A DNA stretch of 64,000 bases from an uncultured cyanobacterium. GTDB taxonomy: Bacteria > Cyanobacteriota > Cyanobacteriia > PCC-9006 > JAAUQQ01. The DNA lies in assembly GCA_963718615.1 (NCBI GenBank), contig OY970368.1:800001-864000 (forward strand), in the 5' to 3' direction. The translations under genes were made by a program, and so were the position numbers. A model generated the notes under the pieces. The model did not search any database. It was not told the origin of the DNA and was given only the letters and a program-made list of their open reading frames with translations. Below are positions 1-8,400 of the stretch, piece by piece. Every line of letters starts with the position of its first letter. Within the stretch, counting starts at the first letter, position 1.

Positions 1-323
1 GTGGACAGTGACTTTTTCACTATCGTTCCGCAGCTTGAACAAGTCTGAGACGTGTATTGAGGCGGAACGGCAACCGTGACCCGACCAAACACGACGCCAA
101 ACCGTTCCACCCAAACTCGGAACTGGTACCAACCGGCATCAGAGATAGACTTCGCGAGACAATGGTTTTTGACCATGTTCTTGATCCTCAAGTCTTCGTA
201 GGCAATCAAGTCGTTAGACTGAACTACGCACCGTGCCAATTTCACGGCATGGTCTTTACGTTGCCTACTTATCTTGAGGTCAAGCTTCGCCAAGCGAACC
301 CTAGCCTTTTGTCGGTTGTTGCT
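1..323 (-). pseudogene. tnpB: IS200/IS605-family TnpB, C-terminal part only (runs off window start; 5' part removed at ISAs1 boundary)
   Basis: Manual minus-strand translation: SNNRQKARVRLAKLDLKISRQRKDHAVKLARCVVQSNDLIAYEDLRIKNMVKNHCLAKSISDAGWYQFRVWVERFGVVFGRVTVAVPPQYTSQTCSSCG. This carries the RuvC-II AYEDL motif, the ISDAGW motif and the TSQxCxxCG zinc ribbon. Not in the ORF track because it has no start. Confidence 0.9.
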
Positions 324-1704
324 CAGGGATCGCGTATGACTTTAATCGAGAGAATAATCGGATTTCATAGATGAGCTGTGTGAGCAACATCTGGTTTTGT
401 CGTGGCACTGTGGAGAATCGTGCAGAGATAGTCATTGTCCATAGAAGCCCTGTATCGCTTGAGTTTGAGTGACTTTTGGAAGCTCTTCTCCTGGGATAAT
501 AGGTTGAGCGCTAAACGCCTCAGCAACGAGAAGTTGCGCGGACGGTTTCCCTTGCGAATGCGCGAGGCATCCTCGCGAAAAACCACATCCAACACCCAGT
601 GAAGCTGGTTCTCAATCCCCCAGTGGGAACGAATCGCTCTTGCCAAGACTGAGGCTTGCGCCTCGCAGCTTGTGAGGTAAAAGTGAACCTCACGGGTCGT
701 TTTGTTCCACAGCACTCGTTCGCGGCGTACTACCACGATGCTGGCGAGTCCTTCCCACTCGCCCAGTTCAGGCCAATCGGGCAACTCGCTGATGTCGATC
801 GCCCAGACTTGGCGGGTCTCATCGCGCCCATGAAGCGTTTCCTGACTTTGGGCAAAGTCGAATTCGATTCCCTCCCACTGGTTCGCCTCTGCGGCCTCGA
901 CCCAGTCTTTGACCAAGCCGTAGAGATTCGCGTGATTGGCCTTGAGCGTTAGGACATAGTCTGCCCCCTTGCCCCGAATCTGCTTGGCAATCGCCTTTTG
1001 AGTCCCCATCGCATCAATCGTTACGATACAACCGTCCAGGGCGAGCATGTCCAGCAGCTTCGGAATCGCCGTGATCTCATTCGACTTTCTGTCCACCGGC
1101 ATTTGACCGAGCACCAAACGATGCTCGCTGGCCCAGGCACTGACTTGATGCAGCGCTTTGAGCCTCTGGTTGCGGTCATAGGAGCCCCGTTGCGTTTTGC
1201 CATCCAAGGCAATCAGCTTGGCACTTCCCCCGTAGCTCACCAGCAGCTCCTGCACCCATTGCCGGAATCCCCGCTCGAAGGCGTCCGCATCAAGATGCTC
1301 AAACACCCGCTCAATCGTATCGTGGGACGGAATACCGAACGGTAAGTCCAGAAAGCTTTCCAGCCACTTTTGTTTGCTACGTCCGTACACTTCTATCTCC
1401 TCCCAGTGCTCCGCCCCGCACAACACTGCCAACAGCGAGATTCCGATAATTGATAGCAGAGGATGCCAGTAACGCCTATCACGCCTGGGGTCTTTGAGTC
1501 CCTCGAATGCTTTCAGCCAGCCGCCCGGCGGCTGGCAACCTTCCCAAGACGGCTCTTTCCTAGCGGCCTGGAATCCTTCTGGCTTGACGCCAGCAACTTT
1601 GGGGGGATTCAGCATCTGCAAGTACCTATAGGCTTTACTCTCTCAGCTTTCCCTCTCTGACTCTCTCATCTTTTTCTCTCTGCTAAAGTGATGCGTTCGC
1701 CCTG
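324..1704 (-). mobile_element. ISAs1-family insertion sequence
   Basis: Imperfect terminal inverted repeats: CAGGGATCGCGTATGACTTTA (from 324) and reverse complement CAGGGCGAACGCATCACTTTA (ending 1704). They enclose the transposase. No target-site duplication visible. Confidence 0.9.
365..1621 (-). CDS. ISAs1-family (H-repeat associated) transposase
   Basis: Motifs DPR...HPL, GIPSHDT, IALDGKT, KSNEITAIP, TIDAMGTQK, IRSHWGIENQLHWVLDVVFREDASR. True start uncertain. Confidence 0.95.
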   Translation of the reverse strand: MQMLNPPKVAGVKPEGFQAARKEPSWEGCQPPGGWLKAFEGLKDPRRDRRYWHPLLSIIGISLLAVLCGAEHWEEIEVYGRSKQKWLESFLDLPFGIPSHDTIERVFEHLDADAFERGFRQWVQELLVSYGGSAKLIALDGKTQRGSYDRNQRLKALHQVSAWASEHRLVLGQMPVDRKSNEITAIPKLLDMLALDGCIVTIDAMGTQKAIAKQIRGKGADYVLTLKANHANLYGLVKDWVEAAEANQWEGIEFDFAQSQETLHGRDETRQVWAIDISELPDWPELGEWEGLASIVVVRRERVLWNKTTREVHFYLTSCEAQASVLARAIRSHWGIENQLHWVLDVVFREDASRIRKGNRPRNFSLLRRLALNLLSQEKSFQKSLKLKRYRASMDNDYLCTILHSATTKPDVAHTAHL

Positions 1705-2195
1705 ATAAAAATGCCATTGAACAAAATCCATCCCCATCGAGATCTTGGTTTAAGTTGAAAAGCGAGAAAGACCCTAAATATTCCATCAACAAAGAAGAAA
1801 ATTCCAATTAATAGCGTTAGGGAGATTACGCTGGCCCAGGGATCAAACAAGAGCAAAATACCTAAACCCAAATACAAAAGTCCAATCAAAAATCTGAGCA
1901 CTAGTGTGCTGCCACTGCGATAATGCTGAATGGCTTCAACACCTTGTATAATGCTGCTAGCAATAAATAGCCAGCCTAAAAAGATGCCAACCGCGATACT
2001 TGCAAACAACGGACTCGCGATCGCAATCCCTCCCAAAATTACCATCAGGCTCCCTAATGCAATCATCCAACCTGCGTTAAACTTAGCACTTTCGCGGGTC
2101 TGGTGGCGTTTCAATTCATGGTTTTCAGATAGATTTTGACTCAGCGGTTTACGGTTTTCCGTCTCTTTGCGCTCAAACATATTGCTTGTGTTCAA
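1683..2195 (-). pseudogene. HdeD/DUF308-family membrane protein, C-terminally truncated by ISAs1
   Basis: HdeD-like TM repeats (GWMIALGSLMVILGGIAIASPLFAS...WGWILFNGI). The final residues RANASL are encoded by the IS end, so the last TM helices are missing. Confidence 0.8.
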
Positions 2196-2271
2196 CCCTG
2201 GTTTTGGTCTTAAATTGCTACATCTAGCTTGGAGGATTTGATGAGCCTTCTCATCCTTCTAAATCCAGAGT

Positions 2272-3546
2272 TTATTCGGCGCTATCTCCTTCTTTAGAAA
2301 TAAGCTTTGAGTGATGAAGCTCATACCAGCATCTATACCGGCGAGTCAATGGAACAGCACTCAAACCTTGAGCCAAGATAGAAGCACAGATCATTGCCGC
2401 ACAAATTGGCCAAATCCATTCAGTCGTATGGTGTCTTAGAACATATCCCGCATAGAACAATGCAGCAATTCCCACTGGGCCAAACCAACCCATAAAGAAA
2501 GCTTCAGGTTGATTTTTAATCGGTTTAATCCAGCGAGAAAAAAGCAGTAACGATGGCATACGACGTAACAATAGAAGCAGCACAGTTAGAATTAGTAAAT
2601 TTTGCCATCCTAATTCAAGCCATAAGCGCCAAGGCAATATTGTTCCTAGTAAAACAAAAATAGGTAAAGTTAAAAACCTATTAATTGCTTCCTGAATATT
2701 TTCTTCTTCGGCTCGCTCTTTTCCGCCAATTAGGGCATCGAAGGCAATACCTGAGATAAAAACTGCCAAGATACCGTTCATCCCTAGCAAACTAACTACG
2801 CCTAATACCGTTAGGCTCAGCGCTAAGGTATAACCTAAAAAAGATTGACGCTCGATCGTTTGGTGACGTTCTGCCCATCGCAAACTCCATCCCGCCAAAA
2901 CCCCTAGGGCCGTACCTAAAAGAATCGCCCCTATCACTTCCCACAAAATCACTCGCGTCATCCATTCCCCTAACGCTGCAATGGGCGATCGCTCTAACAT
3001 CAGCAAACTCAGCAACACAAAAGGATAGGCCAGTCCGTCATTCAGACCCGACTCAGTTGAAATCAGATGCCGAAGCCGAGGCGGTAAGTTTTGCTCAGCG
3101 ATGACACCTGTCACAATTGAATTGGAGACAATTGGATCAGTAGGTGCAAGGGCAGCGCCAATCAACATGGCTGACCAGAAGGAGAGCGGAAACACCACAT
3201 AAATCAGCAGACCGCTCAATAGCCACATCCCAGGCATAACCAGGCCGAGCAAAACCAGCAGCGATCGCCAATTGCGACCAATGTAACCCTTAGGAATTCG
3301 CAGGGCAACGCCCATCAAACCGACGGCAAGCGTTAGGCGTGCTGTTTGCTCTAGCAGCAATCCTGGGGCAATATCCCAGCGCGCTGGATCAATCGCTCCT
3401 AAGCCAACGGGTCCTACCAAAATGCCAAGAAGAAGAGTCGTTAGCGGGTCAGAGGCCCACCAATTGCGTCGAAAGTAGTCGGAAAAGAGACCGAGGAGTA
3501 AGACCGTTCCGCCGATTACAACTACAACAATATTAATTTCGTCCAT
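2272..3546 (-). CDS. NhaP-type cation:proton antiporter (CPA1)
   Basis: Multi-TM protein with APTDP, ESGLNDG and GWFGPVG motifs. Confidence 0.9.
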   Translation of the reverse strand: MDEINIVVVVIGGTVLLLGLFSDYFRRNWWASDPLTTLLLGILVGPVGLGAIDPARWDIAPGLLLEQTARLTLAVGLMGVALRIPKGYIGRNWRSLLVLLGLVMPGMWLLSGLLIYVVFPLSFWSAMLIGAALAPTDPIVSNSIVTGVIAEQNLPPRLRHLISTESGLNDGLAYPFVLLSLLMLERSPIAALGEWMTRVILWEVIGAILLGTALGVLAGWSLRWAERHQTIERQSFLGYTLALSLTVLGVVSLLGMNGILAVFISGIAFDALIGGKERAEEENIQEAINRFLTLPIFVLLGTILPWRLWLELGWQNLLILTVLLLLLRRMPSLLLFSRWIKPIKNQPEAFFMGWFGPVGIAALFYAGYVLRHHTTEWIWPICAAMICASILAQGLSAVPLTRRYRCWYELHHSKLISKEGDSAE

Positions 3547-3805
3547 GTCATTCAGATTGACTCATAATTGAGATTTTACGGTCTGTGAAATCTAGCAAGA
3601 TTTGGCTGTAGGATGTTATTTTTTTATGCTAAGCCCATTTTTCAGCCGCTCTTTCTGTCGCTTTTTTAAGTGCGATCGCCTCCCTCAATTTGCAGCGAGT
3701 CTTCTGTTAATAGGATAATAGGACTCTTGAATACAACACCGAATGCAACAATACAAAATACAACGCAGACTGCGCTATCGCATCCATCCAAAGAGACGGA
3801 TCTAA

Positions 3806-5207
3806 CGCTCATCAATGACTCTAGCGAGAGATAAATTAGGATAAAGGAGACGAAAGCAAAGAAGGGCCTATGGTAGAGCCGCGTGAAGCAAAGGCGACCG
3901 TGAGATTCGTGGATGACTATTGCGCCAGTTACCGAGACCTATTTGCGGAGGTAAGAAGCTTCGAGGCGTTCAAGCATTTACATATAGGGATGATATCAGA
4001 GGCAAAGCGTAAATCGTTACCAGCGATTGCAAAGGTAACGGGTTTGCCAAATGCTCAGTCGCTGCAGCAGTTTCTGGTCAACTCCCCCTGGAGTGTAAGT
4101 CAGCTAAGGAAAAGGCGATTGGAGCTGATATTGTGTCAGCTAGCGGGTCGAAAGTTGGTGTTGGTGATTGACGAAACAGGAGACCGCAAAAAGGGTCATA
4201 CGACGGACTATGTGCAGCGGCAATACATTGGCAATTTAGGCAAGGTAGAGAACGGGATTGTATCTGTAGATGCTTATGGTGTAATCGATGGAATCACGTT
4301 TCCTTTGAGCTTTGAAGTATATAAACCCAAAGGGCGGTTGAAAGAAGGAGAAACTTACCGCAGCAAACCCCAAATCGCAGCTGCTCTGGTGGAAGAGCTG
4401 TGTGAGCTTGGCTTTGAATTTGAGCTCGTCTTGGCCGATAGTGAGTATGGCGAAAGTCGCAGCAACTTTGTCAGAGTCCTTGAGCAATTACAGCTTCCTT
4501 ATGTTTTGGCAGTCCGGTCGAATCATGGTGTTTGGCTACCCAAGGGGCAAACAGTACGGACAAATCAATGGCATGAGTATGAGCGAACCTTCAGCGAGGG
4601 TAGAAGCGAAACTCGCTTCATTCAAGAAATTATCTACGGCAAACGAGGCCCGATTCGCTACTGGCGACTGACCACCGATAAAGAAACCTTGCCATCAGCT
4701 TCTACTTGGATGGTCATGACTCGAGTTGAGGGAATTTCCTATAAACAAGTGGGAGACCTCTATGGTCTGAGAAACTGGATTGAATATGGGTTCAAGCAAT
4801 GCAAGAACGAGCTAGGATGGGCAGACTTTCGCGTTACGAACTACGACCCAATCCACAAGTGGTGGGAGATAGTGATGAGCGCCTATCTCATGGTGACTCT
4901 GCACACTCCTCCCTTGCGTCCGGAGGAGGTTATCTCCCCAGAATTGCATGATTCGGCTGTGGTCTCATCTTTTACTAAACATTCAGCATGGGATGAGGGA
5001 CAGGGATGGAAGAACTGGCTTAACAATCTTCGCCTGATTCTCCTGCCCTGGGTGAGTTTCAACTTGCTACGACCTTGGCTTCAGATTTTCCCGATGCCAG
5101 AGCTAGAGCTTGGATTTCAAATCCTTCTTCGCCTCATGAATCAGTTTCGAGGGGCTTCTGTTTCTCCTCCTGATTCTTTTTCCTCCGCCTAGAGTCATTG
5201 ATGAGCG
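3806..5207 (+). mobile_element. IS701-family insertion sequence
   Basis: Perfect 19-bp terminal inverted repeats CGCTCATCAATGACTCTAG (3806-3824) and CTAGAGTCATTGATGAGCG (5189-5207). Flanks CTAA and ATAG are not a perfect duplication. Confidence 0.92.
3870..5192 (+). CDS. IS701-family transposase
   Basis: IDETGDRKKGHTTDYVQRQYIGNLGKVENG, LADSEYG and YGLRNWIEYGFKQCKNELGWADFR motifs. Confidence 0.95.
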   Translation: MVEPREAKATVRFVDDYCASYRDLFAEVRSFEAFKHLHIGMISEAKRKSLPAIAKVTGLPNAQSLQQFLVNSPWSVSQLRKRRLELILCQLAGRKLVLVIDETGDRKKGHTTDYVQRQYIGNLGKVENGIVSVDAYGVIDGITFPLSFEVYKPKGRLKEGETYRSKPQIAAALVEELCELGFEFELVLADSEYGESRSNFVRVLEQLQLPYVLAVRSNHGVWLPKGQTVRTNQWHEYERTFSEGRSETRFIQEIIYGKRGPIRYWRLTTDKETLPSASTWMVMTRVEGISYKQVGDLYGLRNWIEYGFKQCKNELGWADFRVTNYDPIHKWWEIVMSAYLMVTLHTPPLRPEEVISPELHDSAVVSSFTKHSAWDEGQGWKNWLNNLRLILLPWVSFNLLRPWLQIFPMPELELGFQILLRLMNQFRGASVSPPDSFSSA

Positions 5208-5403
5208 ATAGGCTGAACCTAAGCTGCTCCTCGTTTTCCCGGCTTAAGTTACTACCCGCGTTTTCAGTTTTTCGCCTACGTTTATAAAATTCCCCCAGCT
5301 TCTGAACATCGGGACTAGAGCGCCATCTTAGTGAGTGAAGCGAGTTCGACAAGAAAGAGGCCAGATCTATACACAAGTCCAGCCCCTATGGTGAACTGTA
5401 ACT

Positions 5404-8400
5404 CTACTCAGGCTGTTTCTCCGGCAACAAACACTTGTCCGAATCACACCCCGCAGGCCCCGCCTCCATCATCGGCCCCGAATCATATCGCTTCAGCGCG
5501 GCCAAGAAATCAGCCGTATCCCGCCGCTGTTTCACCGCCAACAACATTTGCTCATAGGTCTGCTTATCAATCGGCTCAAAGGGCAGACGCGGGAACGTTT
5601 GCAAATCGTCAAACCGCGCTAGCAAAGCAGCTGACATATAGCCTTCATCCGTTTCAATGCAGCGATAAATTCGCTCCGCCAGGGGTTCAATCTCCGCTTC
5701 CCGCAACTCCACCGTCGCCGATGTGTTGTGGGTTGTATAGTGCTTCTGCACCTGCATGTAGAAATCAAACTGCGCTAAGGCCGAGAACTGGCTGATGTCG
5801 ATGGTATCGGCTCCCGGCAGATTGGCCCAGCTAACCTCTGTGGGGATCTCCACCAGCCACTCGGTGCAACGCGGATCAAAGGGATCATTGAGCAAATTGC
5901 CGTGTTCATCCTTGTCCGACTGGGATGGCACCACCTGATAGCCATAGTCAATGCAGGCCATGGCCACGGGATCGTTTTTGCGGAACGTAATGCGACGGAT
6001 AAACCGCTGGGCCTTGGGCGGATGCCAGCCGGAGCTTGCGCCCGTGAGTAGACTCTTCGTATTGTGGGACTTCAGTGCACCCTGCCAGTACCAGGAGTCA
6101 TCGTCATCGACCCCCGCCACCGCAAAGTCGTAGCTGTAGTCAGGCACGGTTTCAAAGGCGATCGCCTCCACCCGATAGGGATGAAAGGCAAACTGACGCT
6201 TGGGCTCAAACAGTGGACGCAACCCGCACTTGCGACTGTGGGCATTGAGATAGGCCAAGGCATCTACAGAGGACAACATGCGGCTGAGACACAATCCCCA
6301 CATATTCTTCGTTCCTTGCAGATTTTCGCCTTGGGTGTTGTGAAAGATCGAGCAGCAGAGCCCAACGGCTTCGCCGACCTGTTGCAGGTTACGAATAAAC
6401 GCCTCGCTGGCGGAGTCAATTGACAAAGCCCCTTGCTTGCGAACACAACCATCGGTGTCAATTAAACCGCAGAAAAACGAGAGAATGGTTTGCTGTGACG
6501 AGCGCCGAATGGCTTGGGGAATCCGATCCAGTTCGGTGCTGCGAGTTTTGCCGAGTCGGTTGAGCTGAAGCCAGTCAAAGAGCTGCCTGGAGGCAAATAC
6601 CAATTCACCTCGGGAATTGTGATTACGGGGGTCATAGTGAACGGTTCCCGTGATGCCAAACCAGCGTTGCGCAATGGCCTGTAATCGTTCTACCAGATCG
6701 GCTTCCTCTGCGTTAAAGGCAAAGCGAATGCGGCATTTACCTTCGCTCATCGCCCCGTCACCCAACAGACAACCGAGGAAGTAACCGATTTCTGGGTTCA
6801 ATGTTGTGGGAGTCAGAATCTCCTGCGTCAGCACCCCACGTCCATGACCCACCTGTTGTTTGCGTTCTTCGCGGCTGTACTGCAATGGATCAAGGCTAAG
6901 TAAGAGGGCGTCTTCTTGTTTCTTGTATTCACCAATAGAGTAGTCAATGTCAAGCCCTGTTTGAAGTTCGTCTGCACGCACCCATTGCCCCTGAATCGAG
7001 AGCCGATGATTGGGCGTCATGCGCAGAATGCGACCATTTTTGAGCGTCACTTTGATTAACCTCAGGGGTTGGTTGGCGATCGCAGTATCAGCCGCAATTC
7101 CGCCGCGTACGCTGAGATCTAAACCCTCTGTTTCTCCACTGCCCGGTTCGATGATTTCGTCCGCATAGAGCAAGCCTTGATCAAAAATCCGCAGCGCGGT
7201 GCGATCGAGACATCCCGCAGGCTGCACCGTTGTACAGCGATTGGGACGGTGGAGATTGTGGCGATCGCAATAATCCCAAATGGTTGAATGGACAACCTCC
7301 CGCCAGCGATTCAGATAGGCCGCCTCTTTCGCCTTAAACCCTAGCCCCTGCTCCGTCTCAGGCCGACCTTCTACCCACCACTCTAGCCAGGGTGTACCCA
7401 AGGCATGGACGAAGAAATCAAATAGGCCTGTGAAGGATACGCCGACGATCGGGTCGAGTTCGCGGGATTCGCGGTAGCGATCTTCGATGAATTGATGGTT
7501 CAGCAACGCCGCGACAGAGAGGGCACCGGCACGGAACGCATCGACTTGGTCCTGCTCATTGTTGGGGTCCAGTTGGTTGAGGTGGACTTCCGAAAGGTTG
7601 CAATGGAAATTCGCCCCAATAATCTCACCGCAGTTGTGTGCCACAAAGCCATTGGCATCAAATCTTGCAGGTCCAGGAACGGTGCAATCGTACACAGGCT
7701 CGATGCCAGCGGGGGCGATCGCCTTTACCCGCACTGCAAACCGTTCTCGATTCGGTTGACGGCGATAGCTACCCAATAACTCAGACAAACGCTCGGATTT
7801 CTGAGGCTCTGAAAACCCAATTAGCTCAGCAAACACTTGAATGTTGTCATTGCTAATGACCAATTCATGTTGGGCTTGATCAATCGTCGAAGCAATACCC
7901 AATCGCAGCAACATCCGCTGAGCTGCTTGTAGCAAGGGTAAATTGCTTTGAGCTAAACGAATGCTGACGCCTTTTTGCTGTTGCCCTTGGACCGAGCCAT
8001 CGGCATCAAATAACCCCCGTAAAAAGCCCTGATAAAATTCATAGCTAGTTTGCTCAACCGCCGCTGTAATCGTTTTATGGCCGCGTACAATGCCATATTC
8101 GTCAGCAAGTTTGCGAAGGTTGGCAGAGGCGACTTGAAGATAGCCATTGCGTTTGTGATAAACCGCTACTTGTCCGACAGAAAGCTGTGTTTCCTCCAGT
8201 CTTTCTAGCGCCTGAGCTGCCATTTCTACTTGCGATTCACCCCAGTAGCGTAGGACGACTTGGCGATTTTGAGCGGTGATATTATCCGCTAAAGAGCCAT
8301 CACCGACCAAACTGCCTAGCAACCAGCCTTCTTCCTCTGAGCCTTTCCCAATCCAGGGTTGTAACCCGCGATGATTGTGGATGAGAACGCGATCGCCCAC

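Noticed and set aside
57-374. 105-aa plus-strand ORF
   Set aside because: Antisense shadow of the tnpB remnant.
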